A stretch of DNA of 64,000 bases. Source: Amoebophrya sp. A120. Its lineage: Eukaryota > Protista > Dinoflagellata. Each line of letters begins with the position of its first letter. Within the stretch, counting starts at the first letter, position 1. Both the position numbers and the translations under genes were made by a program. The notes beneath the pieces are model-generated. The model was not told where the DNA came from, made no database searches, and saw only the letters and a program-made list of their open reading frames with translations. The stretch lies in assembly GCA_905178155.1 (NCBI GenBank), contig CAJINV010000009.1, forward strand, positions 2,333,373 to 2,397,372, given 5' to 3'. Shown here piece after piece: positions 1 through 13,930 of the stretch.

Positions 1-2264
1 TTTTTTCGGTGCCGCGCGGTGCTTCCACGCCACGAGTTGAGAGGAGTATGTCCTTCAGCTCTCTGATGCTCAAGGACGCGAGCTTCTTTTCGGACTGTGG
101 CTCATGCTGCCGTCCGGGGGACGTCGAATCCCTGGGTGTGCGAAGCGGAGACGGTGTCCGCGTGCCGGCATTATCTCCGGTGGCGCCGCGCGCTCTACTA
201 GAGGAGGAGTCGCCTGTCATTACTGCGCCCGCGCGGCGCTCGCGTTCCACCGTCTGGTGCGTCACCGGAGGCATGCGGCTACGCGAGGTGCTTCTGCTGG
301 TCCCAGCAGATGACGACGAAGCGCTAGTTGAAGATGCACTAAACCCGCCTGGCGCGACGAACCCACTGTGGCCTGTCCGTCGCGAACGGCTGAGCGGATG
401 CGTATGCGCGCACGGTATCCCTACTTTTCCTCGTTTCTCGGCCTCTTCTCTTCCTAATAACATAAGCATTGTTATAGCGTTTGTGTATTCCACAAAACTG
501 CTCGATGTCGCTCACAACTACCTGTGATCCACGTCATGCAGACATAACGTAGCAACTTATCATCCAAACTACGCTGACACGAGATCATGCGTGCCTGATT
601 ACACAAAGCAGATAAATAGATACCCGTCGCGCCGGTTGCAGCTCCCGCTCCATTCGCTTGGAGCACACGCTGCAGATGTGCTTTTATGAATTGGTGTTGC
701 TTTCGCACACCCCGCCTCTTCACAGGAACGCTGCTCGCGCCTAGCCGATTTCCCGTGCGCTGGTCCTCTCGTGCTGCTGCACGAGGTGGGGTTCTTGTCA
801 TCTCTGTATCATCATCTTGCTGTGTATGCAGAAACCCGGGTGCTGCACCGTTCTCGTCACGATTCCAAGATGTTCGCCCCGGAAATGACCCGACCTTCGA
901 GAACATGCCCTCCTCGCAATGTCGAACCGGGCTAAGTTTCCGTTTCTTCAACCCCTCCCTGCCTTTGCTGCAGCTTCTCCCTGCTTCGTGATCCTTCCGC
1001 CCGTAGTTCTCGATCTCGTCCGCGTCCTCGTCAATGCCGAATGAGTCGTCAAGATCGTTCCTGGGTGTAAACATGACAGCATCCTCATCATGTACGTTGT
1101 CTCTGGCAGCTTGGTGATTTTGATTACCTTTGCGTGCGGGGCTTCGAGACTCCGACCACGCGCCTCCCTCATAATTGTCATTAGAGAAAAAGCTGTCGTC
1201 TTGCTGTGCGATAGCGCTGAACAGGTCCGCGTCGGTCATTCCTTCCGAAGTGCCACCGGTGTACATCGCCCCGCGCCAGGTGGAAGAAGACGATGAGGAC
1301 TTAGTATCTCCTGCGAATGGCAGAAACCGGCTTTCCGCGTCCTTCTGCCGCGTTGCTGTTGTTCAAAACATATTTATACACAGTACACCACTTTGCTAAT
1401 ACTAAACTCCTTAAGTACCCTGCAACACTAGCATTCGTACTGCAGCTGCAAGTGGTTGATTCGTAGCTCCATCATGAATACGGCCAGGCAACTGAAAACG
1501 TCGAAACAATGATGTGTACAATGTATACCAACGCCCGTGAAATTCGACTGTCCGTTTCCGTCTTTCAGCGGCGACAACCGTTCCGAGGACGCGGACGGTG
1601 TCTGCGCCGTTGAGCGTGCATCCTCCATTTCAATGTCCTCCGAGTCCGCTCCTTTCTCCTCCGAATTTTTCGGAAACGAAGTGAAGCAGGTACGAAAGCT
1701 GCACAAACTTCCACTTGCGTTGCTAAACAAACTCGCTGTGGAGCGACGGACGTTCCGCTTTTTCAACGGCGGCAACGTTTGCATTTGCTGCGCTCCTGCT
1801 CCTGCACAACTTTCATCCCTGCCGTTCATCTTTGCTGTCCCATCCTCGCCCGGACCTTGTTGGCTTCTTTGCGGCAAAGCCGATGACACGGATGTCGCTT
1901 CACGGCCTTGGGGATGTTGGACCAACGCCGGTGCTGCAGTTTTGGCTTTGGGCGAAACCAAAGCATTCCCCGTCGAAGAGCCGACATCTTTATTGCGCGC
2001 AGCATCGCCCTGCTCCAGGGGCGGCGGGAAGAGCGGCCCCGGTGCAGTGAAGGGATTAGATCCCACACTTCGAAACGCGTTGAAAATGTGCTGCGGTTGC
2101 TGCTGTTCGGAATCGACCTCAGCTCCTACACTTTGCTCTGGGGACGTCGTAGTTGTGTCCATGTGCGCGTCCTCCTCAACATCACCAAACGGATTCGACC
2201 CGACGCCAGATGCCGTAAAAGGATTCCATCCGGATCCTCCACGTCCTGCCACGTAGCTGCTCAT
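1..2264 (-). CDS. Low-complexity hypothetical protein, multi-exon, 3' end runs off the window
   Basis: Predicted exons 2264-1529, 1355-624 and 453-<1 join in frame through GT-AG introns (TTG|GTATAC..ACAG|CAACG; ACGG|GTATCT..TTAG|GAAG). Product is S/G/R-rich with NPF motifs near the N-terminus; no domain recognised. Confidence 0.55.
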
Positions 2265-2982
2265 GTTGATTTGCGACAGCGTAGGCAAACTGCCCTTTCT
2301 CTCCAGCACTGGAGGGCGCAGTAGAATGCTCAGCTTGCCCGGTGGTTTCACGAGAACCAAAAGTAGAGAAGGTTCTTGGAGTCAACATAGCACAGCACCA
2401 CGTGCCGTCGCGATGCAGGTTCCCAGTGATCCCTCAACCTCCGCGTGGTGGCTGTGTTTATTTCCTACCCGCCGTCTTCTTGACCTCCTCCTGATGGTGT
2501 CCAGTTCAATGTGCTATGTTCGGACATTGCCTCCACGACCTGCAATCGACTTTATTTTTACGGACTTATTATGCTGGTTACTTCAAATAGTATCTTCTCG
2601 TCTCTTAGCACTGTAGCTTTATTCCCTTTCTCGCCAACCCACCTCTCTGCATTGTAGCCACATCGAGCAGCCACACCCCACCACGAATCTTCATGCTACA
2701 GTACCGACCCATAACAACGACGTCGGCATCTAGCTCCCGTTTGAAATTTGAAAGTAGAAGTCATCTGGTGCAGTACCACGACGCACATCAGCGTCACCTT
2801 CACCGGGAGCCCCCTCAGATATTAACCGGTTTACTTTGAAAGTACTTTAGTGACCGACCGAGCAAAAGAACCTCCAGTCGCGGACGAGTAGCTCACACGT
2901 CCGCTGCACTGTATGTGCTTCCCAGCAGGTGCTTCCTGGTTGGGATTCTTCTGTCGTGCCAAATATAGCCGCCGGGGCGGGG

Positions 2983-3685
2983 GTAGTGAGGTCGTGGGCG
3001 TTTTTTTGCCGGCCGCAGCCTTGGCCGCGGCTTTGCATTTTATGGGCACGCCATACCGCCGTGAGTAACGTTATGCCGCACGGTATGGCGGCCACTTGGG
3101 AAACGTCGCAAATTTTGGCACATTTCCAAAATTCCTTTCCGAAAGCCAGCCCCGATGCTATGGGGCCGATCCGGGTGCCACGGGGGGCGCCCAAAAAGCG
3201 AAGAAAAACCGGGCCCATAGCATGCGGATTGGCTTTGCGCGTCTGGGGCGCTTTTTATTTTTCGCGTTTTTATTTTTCACGCCGGCGCTTTTTGCAAAGC
3301 TTCCCAGGCTCTAAAACCGGCGAAAAGGCGGCCGCTTTCGCGGCCGCCCAAAATGCTCCGAAATCGCGGCCGTGCCATGCTGTTTCGCTGTTCTGATTTT
3401 GGGCGCGTTTTTTGCGCGCCCCTTTTTGGGCGCCCCAAATCGCCAGAAACCAAGGCGGCGGGCGCCTCAGAAGGGCGCCCCTTTTGCCGGCTCCCCTGCG
3501 TCGTTTTATCAAGTGCGAATCGATAGTTTGCGACCGGGCTTGTTTGCCAGCAACGCTCTGCCCGCTTGATAATTAAAAAATTTTTATGTCAAAAAACGCT
3601 TTCGACCGCTTGAAAACTGACGGTCGTTTTTCACGGGACATGGCAAAAAAACTCCCCGGTTAGAACCGTTCGGTGACCTCACTAC
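2983..3685. repeat. GC-rich non-coding block bounded by an 11-bp inverted repeat; possible degenerate non-autonomous element
   Basis: GTAGTGAGGTC at 2983 and GACCTCACTAC ending at 3685, each with an internal TTTTTTTGCC/GGCAAAAAAA. The interior has many GGCGCC/GCGGCC motifs and A/T tracts. No TSD found. Confidence 0.35.
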
Positions 3686-4336
3686 ATACAATCTGCTGCT
3701 TCTGTTTCAACTTTGCATCCGAAGCTGACGCCCCTTCCCTATAGACGTTCGCTGCTCGACGACATCGACATCCACACAACAAGCACAATTGATTCATGTA
3801 GTGTCAAGAATCAAAATTAATGAAAGCTGAGACTGCAGATAAAGCAGGCAAAACTGTGTACACACAGGGACAGGATCCAAATGTAAAGTTGAAGTCATCC
3901 AAAGCTAACGACTGTAGTTCTGTGCATCGTCCTTCGCCAAAAATGACCATCAACATGATCGAGTTCCAAAAGTGATACCACTGAAAACACCCGAGAGACA
4001 GGACCAAGAGATCGATACCAATCTACTACTTCCGGGGGAGCAGGCAATGATCTACTAATTCGCATTCGGCACGACTGTAGTGCCCCAAACAGATTGATAA
4101 ATCCAATTTTATCGTGGTCCTATGGTGGTGCTAACAATAAGTCAGATAGATATCATGCGATAAACTATAATTGTGTATAAGAATTTCGTGATACGCGTAA
4201 CCGCCGGAGAAACAGGTGTATATCGATCAAGCGCCCCCGGCTCTGTAAGGGGCGTACAACTCCCACCACGCTGGCACATTTCAGTAATCACCGATGTCGA
4301 AACTCAGGGTGTGGCCGGAACTCGTCGTAACAGTAT

Positions 4337-7300
4337 CTAGCTCGTGTCGGCCTTCCCCTTCGTTCCTTCGTCCGGAGCGCGGATGTACTCGTCGTCGGCC
4401 TTGTGCTCGGCGGTTGTGTTGTTTGCCTGACCCGCGTTCGTCCCTTCTGTTGCTGATCGTGCTGGGGGAGCGTACGACGATGCTGTAGGCTGATTTGTTG
4501 CAGTTGAAGATGCTGCGCCCGCCGCATTCAACTGGATCTGCTCGTGCTTTTCTCCGTTGCGATTTCCAGCCGGACTCCTGGCGCCGGCACGATCTGGCGC
4601 TGTCGCGCTCCCTTCAATTGAGCTGGCGGTTGCAGCCGCTGCGGAACTCGCTGCCAAGCTTGAAGTATCCACTGCGGTGCTGCTAGACGTCGACGAATTT
4701 ATCGCACCGAGGGCCGCGCCAACAGCAGACGTCGCGTCATGATCCGCGTGTCTTGCCACAGGGCTCCTGCTGCTGCTGCCGCTGGTACTATTCAACAATG
4801 TCGGGTCACGGTTCGGCAGTGTTAGGACGGTGCCACTCCGACGCGCAAGTGAGGAACTACTCGGGCCCGCATCCGTGCTACCGTCTGCGCCAAAAAGACC
4901 CGCCTTCGGACTTCGTGACGAAGATGAAGATGCGCCGCCAAACTTTTCTCCCCAGGGTGCTGCGGGGTCAAAGCCAAGGTCTCGCTTTGCCTTCGCCATA
5001 TTTGCCATAAATTCGCCAGCATTGTTCGGTGGGGGAATGCTTTCAAGAGCAGCCATCTCACCCGCTTTGGAAGATATCGGGGCAAGAAAATCGTCCATTC
5101 TTGTCGTTGGCATGCCCATTCGCCCAGACATGCCGGAAGGCGACGAGGGGGTGTACGCGGGGTCGCCGAAGGACCCGGCTGGGAACCCGCCGCTGCCCCT
5201 TTCCCCACCGCCCGCCCCTGCTAGCGGCATCAGGAGGGGCGACGATGCGCTGCTGGTGTCCTGTTGCCGCAGCAACCACTGGCAGTAGCGGCGCAGGACG
5301 GGCGCGCAGTACCGCTGCGATTCCTCGTACACCAGATGTACCGTCGCCGACGTGACCACCGTGCAGAGGCGCTCCTCGCAACGCGACTTTATGTGGTCGA
5401 TGCAGAACTCGTCGGCGGCGCGCAGCAGCCGCAGCAGGTACAGCACGTTCTCCTGACTGGTGTCCGGCTCCTCCTCGTTGTCCTTCGGGGTCAAAAACTC
5501 GCCCCCGGTGTAGATAAAGTTCAGAATGCTGCGGAACACGTCGTAGCTGATGTCGTCCGGCAACCGGATCTCGTTCTCCGTGGCCTCGCGCCAACTGTGT
5601 GAGAACATGCTGCGGAAGTGCTCGCTGAAGACGCTGAGCAGCACGCGGTGCGCGTACAGCTTCTGGTTGCGCTCGTGCGGAAACACGAAACACACGTCCG
5701 AAAACTGCGGGTTGTCAAAGTAGAGGCCCAGCTGCGAGCGCACGACCGAGGAGACCAGCGGGGAAACGTCGAGGCTGACTTCCGGCGCGGCGTCGGTGTC
5801 GAGCAGAAAAACGTGGCTATGGAAGTGTCAGAATCGAAATTGGCAAAATCGAAAAATTTGTGATGCACAAAATCGATGCCAGTTGGAGCCTCAGTTTCCA
5901 AGTGGCGCATGACATAAACAGACTGTGCTACTGCGGGCGGGACATTGTGTATCAGGTGAATTGATCAACCCGAAGACGCCGCCCCCCCGGGCCCTATGGA
6001 CATGACAAATTTCGGGAGCACCCAAATCCAGTCTATCGTACTGTTATTTGGGCAAAGAAGGCTGCTCCTGTCATGCTACTCTGGCAGCACATTGCGCACC
6101 CCTAAACAGGCTTACGATCGGCCTCATATGCCTGCTCCCCAATACAGGCCTTCAGTGCTCTACATTTTACGCATCACAAATTTTTCGATTTTGTCGATTT
6201 CGAACCTGACGCTTCCATAGTGGCCCTTCTCAAAGTAGTGCGTGCCGCACGCACCGCCGAACACGAATAACCGCCGGCCTACGGCCACGCACGCGTGGCC
6301 GGCCCGCCTCTCGGGAACGCAGGATTGCCCGGGCGTCAGCCGCAAAGTTTGCTTTTTTTTTTTGCATTTTGTTGATTAGATAGAAAACATGATGATCACC
6401 AGTCGTTTTCGTCAGGTTCTTGGAAATAATTCAGAAGGCTGAAAGAATCCTGCTGGATTTTAGAACTGTGTACAAAATCAGAACAACCGCATGAAAATCA
6501 TAATGATCCCTTATACGTACTACCTGCACTTTTCTCTTTGTGTAACAGAGCTTGGAATCCGTGGGGAAGGCCTCCATCCACGTGTTTGTTTTCGGGTCGA
6601 AAACGTGGGCGTCGTTGAAGCAGCGGGTCGTGTGTCCGCTGCCGCCGAACAGGTACAAGAGGCCGTGCACGTTGCTCAAGCTCATCCCCGCGCGCGCGAG
6701 CGGCGGCTGCCCGTTGACACGCAGGTAGGACCAGACGCGCGTGTGCACGTCTAGGCAGTGCAGGTCGTTGAGTCGCTTGCTGCCGTCCCAGCCGCCAAAG
6801 ATGAACAGCAGGTTGTTGGTGTTACCGGCGACGCAGGAGGAGTGGTTGGCCCGCGGCGGCGGCAGCTCCCCCGTGGTGGGAAAGCTGTGCCATGAACGCG
6901 ACTTCAGATCCAGCGCGTGCAAGTCGTTCAGGTACGCCCTGCCGTCCCCGCCGCGGAAGACCAACACCACCTCTTCCCCGACGACGTCGGCCGTGTGCAT
7001 GTTGCACGGCCCCGGCGGGTCCCCGCGGAACTCGGGCTGGACCCACTTGAAGGAGCGCAAATCCAGAATGTTCACGTCCCCCGCAGCTAGGGGGCCATTG
7101 CCGAGCCAGCCGCCGAGAAACAGGATCTGCGAACCCCCGGTTTTCTCGCTGGGCGGCAGCAGCGTCGCCGTGTGCCCGTTGCGGCCCGACGGCGCGAGGC
7201 CGAACGGCTCCAGCTTCCGCCACTCCGTGTCCTCGATGTGGTAGCTGTACAGCTTGTTGTGGTTCCTGGACCCGTCGTAGCCGCCGAAACAGTAAATTTC

Positions 7301-7453
7301 CGATTCGTTCACCAACGTGCAGGTGTGGTTCTTCGTCGCGGGAATGTCCTGCTCGAGGAACATGATGCTCTGCCACGTCAAATGCTGGCGATCGAACCGC
7401 TTGGCGAGCACCGGACCGCCGTCCTGGCTGTTCGCCGCCTGATCCTCCTCCAT
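4337..7453 (-). CDS. Kelch-repeat plus BTB/POZ protein (LZTR1-like architecture) with a low-complexity tail
   Basis: Six Kelch-type repeats (FGGYDG, FLGGW, FRGGDG, FGGWDG, FGGSG, FGGAC), then a BTB domain (FSDVCFVF...YAHRVLLSVFSEHFRSMF). Exons about 7453-6524, 6351-6220 and 5812-4337; the last junction is the element at 5818-6219. Start codon tentative. Confidence 0.85.
5818..6219. mobile_element. Introner/MITE family A (TATGGA ends), 402 bp
   Basis: Imperfect TIRs of about 55 bp, TATGGAAGTGTCAG...CTGACGCTTCCATA. TSD GTGGC at 5813-5817 and 6220-6224. Removing the element plus one TSD gives ...YFEKGH-VFLLDTD... in frame. Confidence 0.93.
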
Positions 7454-8750
7454 CTGCTGCGGGTTTATCAGAGACGAAAACATAGTTGTAGGATTGATGC
7501 AATTGCACTCCTCCGTAGTCGTCAAAACAAAATGTACTTGTTGAACTCTTACTTCTACTAGGTGCCGACGTCTACAAAGCGCTCAGAGAGCGCCCAGCTC
7601 AGCCTCACTAGTTCTTGTTTCATCTACCAAGGTCACGCCGTCAACAGCAGGTCACCAACAAACTGAATCATCTCGATGTTTGTAGATGAAGCAAGGTTTA
7701 CAAGTAAGCCTAAAGAAGTGTAAAGGTACAATCAGGTAAACTCTTCCTAATCCGCGAGACGAAAAGGATGTGGCTGGACGACCTTGATGACACACGACGA
7801 GAAAAACATTGCACTTTGATGGTCACTCACGTGTGGTCCGCAATTTGATCGTACTCACGTATCACGACGCGTCGAGTTTTTGTGAAACACACCCTCTTGC
7901 TCTTACCTTTTGGACCGGGATCTGAGATATATATTAATATGATACACCACAAGAATCATCGTGGTACTTACACGCTGCATACACGACGCCGAAATTAGCA
8001 GCCGAAGCCACACCGTCAACATCCTCGCGTCCGTCAGAAACGTTCTGTTGAAGCCTCAGCCTCGAGCGCAGGGCGGCAATACTTTATCTATCATGACGAA
8101 TCACAATCTTTCTCAAGTTTCACAAAACGATCAAATTTTCAAGCTCTTTGCCGCCTGGGCCTGTCTCCCTAGTATGCCGGTTGCTGCTAGCGCTAGCGTT
8201 CGATTGATAACAACGGCAACCAAAATAGTATGTAAATAGAGAGTAGCGCGAGTTTTATCGCTGGTCAGAACGGCATTCGCATTCTTTCTTTCGTACAGGG
8301 TCCCACTTAATCATTCTCATTCTTGTTTCATCTCCTTCCCGTAGCAGAAAATTGTCTCCGGGCTCACCATCACCGATCCCGAATTGACTGTGCATGCCAC
8401 TTCTCGCTCCTCCCACTGATTTCGTCATTTCATTCGTTCGTAGTTTTACAAGAACACCCGTCCAGCCCAGCGGCAATCGGCCACCTCCTGTACGTGGCTT
8501 CTACTCCGTACTGCTTGTTACACTCTGCCTCGTCACATGAAGCCGGGCCACTAGCAGTCACCACTTGTACCGCCATCCTGCACCGTTCAGCTCGAGAGTC
8601 GGGTTTTACCAGGCAAGATTGATCCGCCGCCTCCTGCTTGTATGGTGTCTGTGCGCTGCAATTTCGGAATCACAAAGGTCCCAACGACCATGATCCCCCA
8701 CGTCTCCGCGTCCGCGCGCCGAGCCCCGCTGCGAACATTTATTCGCCCCG

Positions 8751-9349
8751 TCAGAAGACCACTTCAATCACGGGCAAGCTGGTAACTGCCATCACTGCAA
8801 TGCCGCCCATGAAGAGAAACGAAGCGGATTGAAACTGCTTGGAGGAAAATGCCGCTACCAAACCGTTGATCATTCCCGGCTCCGCACGTCGGGAGTCCTC
8901 GCTGTTGAAACTGGCAATGAAATATCAAATGCAAAAATGAAAATGTCTGGGTCTGGAAGAGTGCATCTTTGTCATGCTTGTCTCGCATGACTCTCAAATC
9001 TGTCATGCACGTTACCCAAGAGCCCCACTTTTCTGTCATGCAGAAACGCAGTCTATCATGCAGAGTAGGCAACACCTAGAAGCTCAGAAACTTGCCATGC
9101 TGAGCCAGCGCTTGTGGCCTCCTCATGATACGCCACCCAGCATCACAAGTTTCCAGACCCAGACATTTTTGCATTTGATATGAAACACAAGAAGCCAATG
9201 AATATCAACGCCATCCCGAGCAGAATCAAATAGGCCATCCGCCCCGACCGAAGAAAGTCCAAAATTTCCGTTCGCAACTTGGCCAAATACGCCAAAATGG
9301 CGAATATGGCATTGCGCGCGGCCGCGCCGAGACCACCGCCCCGAGCCAT
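8751..9349 (-). CDS. Small membrane protein with two hydrophobic segments, interrupted by an introner
   Basis: MARGGG...LILLGMALIFIGFLCF continues in frame as IASFNSEDSRRAEPG...FLFMGGIAVMAVTSLPVIEVVF* after removing 8923-9180 plus one TSD. Confidence 0.7.
8923..9180. mobile_element. Introner/MITE family B (TATCAAATG..ATGTCTGGGTCTGGAA ends), 258 bp
   Basis: TIRs tatcaaatgcaaaaatg..atgtctgggtctggaa and ttccagacccagacatttttgcatttgata. TSD TGAAA at 8918-8922 and 9181-9185. Confidence 0.93.
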
Positions 9350-10344
9350 ATTTCGTTACTGAAGAGAAATGCTAATGCTTCAAAGCCAACTACAAGAAGC
9401 TACCTCTCTACTCGAAATCGTGGTGGCTTTTGCGTTCTATGGAAATACGGTGATGAACCAAGACAATCAGAATGTTTATGTTGCTCGGCGACGCCGACGG
9501 AACGATACAGCCTCAATTTGAATTTGTTAGTATATCACGGATGGCTTGAGTGCAAATACAAGTTGTTTTCGCTTCCACTTGTCGGGACTCTCACTCTCTC
9601 GCAAAATTTCACTATTTCAATGAATTGGGACCACAGCACTCGACATGGATATGCGCCCCCGCCCCTCTTTCTTGTCGTTGCTCATGTCATCGAGCTTAAT
9701 CGCGGCAATCACGACAGAGAACAATAAGTATCCTCCTGACATACACGAAACTTAGTAACACAAGAAGGTATTTCTTTTTCCATAGCACGAATTTAAGAAT
9801 TCTCAAGAAGAGAATTAATTTTGCCAAGCAAAGCTACATCAAAGTTCAAAAGCTCTCTGTCTACTACGGAGTTGGCTGCCCAATGTCAGCCCTTCTCCGG
9901 TTCGTTGCGTCTTTTTCCCAGATTGGCATTCGGTATTGCTATTCTCATTGTCATTGTGTCGATTCTGAAAGTAAGTCAATGAAACAGAAACAAAGTGAGT
10001 CAAGGTTCTCTACTGCAGGTTAAGAAGGTTTTTCAAGGTTTGTTGCGAGAAACGATTCAAAGCTCTTTGATTTCATAGCAGGTGGCTACTGATGCTTTTG
10101 CCCAATCTTCCGTGTGCGTGGTTTTTGCCGGGCCTAAGTAACATTTACTTTTGCATTGTTGAATTCGGAGGTTGAGAGTTCCGTTGTTTTCTCTAATACT
10201 TTTACTTTCTCGGGCAAAATGCCTGACAAGATCATGGTCTTGCTTTCGTTTTTATAAATATGTTTTTTGTAATTGGGTGCTCAGAGGTCATCCATGGTGC
10301 ATTTGAAACCAGCATTAATTCTGTTGAGGTAAATGTTTAGCGGT

Positions 10345-11304
10345 TCATTTGATACTCCCCGGCGCGGTAGGGACATCCAGGTAGTTCTGTTTGGTAAAGA
10401 ATCGGTCCTGGAGCGACTTACCGCCCGAAAAGTCGAAGGAGTTAGGATACTTGCCCGAGGGTACCACGCTGCCAGCCGCGGGTTGCGCGCGCACCGTCTC
10501 CAGCGTGTCCGTGAAGTCGATCTCTTCTTTTTGCCTTCGCCGCCCCATCAACTGTCGTCTGTTCAGTGGTTTAGGTTTGCTTTGATGTACGAGACGATAT
10601 CATGGTGTTGTAATGGAGAAAATCAGTGAAAGAGGAACCTGAGAAGTAAGGGGCACGAAACCTACTTCAATCTTTGCCATTAGGCTTAGCATAGGGATAG
10701 CGATATGCATACATTGATCTTGATGAAGAAGAAAAATGCACTTTCACCGTGCTACCTTTGGTAGGCTTTTGACTTAACCCAGGATGGCCTCTGGTCAAGC
10801 GGGTACCACATTTCCACATTATCCTGCAGACTTTCGTCCCAGAACATGTCTGTTTCATTCCGGACGTTTACCTGATTTCGGTTCCGATATTCTTCATCTT
10901 CAAACTAAGTAATTCGACGTAAAAGCATCCAGAATCACACTTCCGTCTCTAGGCGGGACGACCAGTGGGTTCGGGTGTGTACAAACAAAAATGAGATCGC
11001 AGTAGGCAGACCACACTTCCAAAAGATCAGTACTTCTTACCCTAGGTTCGAATAATTCTGCATTGTGTTCGAAGCAGCCAGCCAGATCTCGATGACTGCG
11101 AAAGCAGAGCGGTATTCTTCGTTTGGTGAACTCCACCTCTTTCTTTTCGTGCACTCGCAGTTCACCCGTGAGGCCAAGCGGTACCGGATGTCGGAGGTTG
11201 TTTGCCGAGACCGAATGAGACAGATCGTTTTTCTGTCGCAGAAACTCACTACCCGAAACGGATGCCCCCGTCGGCTGGTGGCTGCGGGTCCTTGGACCGA
11301 ACAT
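10345..11304 (-). CDS. Probable exons of a hypothetical protein; structure unresolved
   Basis: GC-richer open segments 10345-10551 and about 10980-11304, separated by AT-richer intron-like sequence; no domain recognised. Confidence 0.3.
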
Positions 11305-12545
11305 TTTTTTGCCGAAGTCTGATTGGTCAATTCAATTCCTGGGTGCACAAGGAATTACCAATTACCTCTATCAACTAACTGTGCAGGGATATCGACAAAA
11401 ATTTGCCTTTTCCTTTCAAAAAGTAAAAGACAAAGGTGCTCCGCATGATCAATGGAATTCCTTCCGATTCGCTGACGAATGCCCGAAAAACTCTCGGTGC
11501 ACAGACACGGCTCTGCATGTTGCACGAAATCGCCGTCCCTCACCGATCTGGCCTCCTGCTTTTACGGAGGATGCATACGTCGAGGTCGACCACCTCGTTT
11601 CTCCTCACGATCGAAAATATTATTTCGAAAGTTCCTTACAGTGTGCAACCTGGAAGCAAGTTGAGCCGGCCCGCTCCCGCATCCAATGAATTATACGAAA
11701 ACCGGAAGTCATGCGCGTCGCATCGGTATTTCCTTGATATCATCTTAAACGAAAAGGAAAGCAAATTTGCTTCGCACTTTTGTTGAGCCTTACGCCCCTG
11801 ACTCTGTTCATTTTCGTTCCGTGATCAGGGTCACTTTCTGGGCTTGTATATCATCATATCGGAATAATAAGGTTGCACTAAAGGGAAATACCAAGAAATC
11901 CACTCAGTGCCACTGCTGGCGCTGGCTGTATTGTACATCTACATATATCAATTTGAAATCCGTAGCTTAGGCAACACAAAGGGTTGGTACAAATTGAGAT
12001 ATGTTGCACTTGCTAGATTGCAGTTACGTTCAGCTTTTAGTTTACTTAGTTTACTTCGTATTCTGTTCGTAGAAGTTGAAGTGTTATAGCAACTTTTCTT
12101 TTCACAATATCGCACTTTGTTCGAATAAAATCTTCCATTTTCCGTTTCTCGCCTCTTCTAGGCGATGTACTTCTGATCCTCGTCGGGGACGATATCAGCG
12201 CGGTCAGTGTCGATGCGACTCGACCTCAGTTCGTCCGAAGGTTCCGGTTGCTCCGCATTCACGCTCACTTTGCCCTTCTTCGCGGCTTGCTCTGACAGCG
12301 CCTCGGCCTTGATTTGAGCGAAGTAGGAATCGCTGTGAGGGCGGTACCTGATGCATATTCGTGAATGTCTGCATCACGTGGTTCCGCGACGCAACATCCA
12401 GCCACAGTAAACGTCTTCACGCTCAGTCAATGTAGAATCGAATGGGAATGCCAACGCGATCGCGAACCTCACTCACTACTGTAGAGTAGGTAGCGTGCCC
12501 GTTCTCAAGAAGTTGTACGAACATGAACTAATAAATAAATTTCCT

Positions 12546-13293
12546 TTACCCTGGAATGTCGCTGGTTCCGGAAATCAGAGACAGACGCTCTTCGTCAATT
12601 TCAATCTTGACCTTCTTGCACCGCACGAAGAGGTAGGTACCAACCACAATGACGAGTACCACCGAGAGGGCCGTGACGATAACGATCATCAGGATGTTGC
12701 TCCCCGATGGAGCGGTTTCTCCCTTCTGTTTTCCATAGATTTGCATGGATTTTGGCTTTTTTTCATTTTGATTTTTGTTTTTTAGCCAAGGCTTGCGTAG
12801 AAGTGGAAGTCATCCGCTCACTACTTCGTAAGAACGTGAAATATCCGTGCGGATCTATCATGCAAGTGCCGCTGCACTAGATGATCTAGAAGTGCAGGTC
12901 ATACTATATCGCGTAGAAAATGAAAACGGAGGCTACTGTAAGTATCGTTGTAATTTAAAGTAAGTACTTACATACCTTTTCCTCTTCGTCCGATCGTTGC
13001 TTCAGCTCTTTCATGATTTGCATGACCAGTTCCCGCTGCTCGGTCTTCTTCGATTCTCCCGTTTCCGTGAAGGACGCTGGCAGGTTGGCGGTCGGCACCG
13101 GCTTCACCACCGACGCACGCAGGTTTCCGGACGAGGCGCTGGTGTCCGCCGACGCTCGGACCTCAATTTCCACACTGCTGGCATGGCCTGCGTCTTCCCC
13201 TTCCACCATTTCGCGTCCCAGTACCTCTCGCTGTTCGAAGTGGGAAGCAAGGAGGAAAAACAGAAAGGAGTTGAAATGGCGACGCCCCAACAT
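12546..13293 (-). CDS. Putative secreted single-pass membrane protein, multi-exon, 3' end unresolved
   Basis: Signal-like N-terminus (MLGRRHFNSFLFFLLAS), a donor AAG|GTATG near 12975, and a downstream exon with a strong TM helix (ILMIVIVTALSVVLVIVVGTYLFV-RCKK). Confidence 0.45.
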
Positions 13294-13930
13294 CTTTATT
13301 CTTATTGCTCTTTCAAGTGTAAGTAGTTGTGATTTCGTTTCGAATTTCTTTCCCGTCAGCGACGCTTTTACATTGCGTGCCCTCCCTGTAAGTGTTAGCG
13401 GTCAATCTCCTTTCACATCAGTAGGTGTGCACTTACATACGATGACAGTCACAGGTTTTTTCAACGTAAATGTAAATGAGAGATACCAATCGTTGATGAC
13501 CACGAGAACGTAACGGGATCCCACTACAACGAGCAGGAGAATACGAAACGACCTACACCTATATGATATCCTTTTACGAAATCCCAGATCTTCCTCCACG
13601 ACATATCCTCCACAGAAAATTGTGGATTTCAAGTTTCAGACGATCGACTTTGCATGTAGGCCCACGAGTTCGACACGTTCGAATGAGGACAGAACGTCCA
13701 TTCATCTCGCCAAAGACTATGTGTATGTCGAGGAATGCAAGCATAAAACTACCCCGGAAGTTCTGCGGTGTCGATACGATGGTAGCACGACGATAGAAGT
13801 CTGTTCGGAACACAGAACACAATGGCAAGTCACTGTCACGGTTATAAATGCATTTGAATGGTACACGTACATTTAGATTTACGCACATCGACGCTCACGC
13901 TCTGCCCCGGTGCTACAATTCAAACAATGC

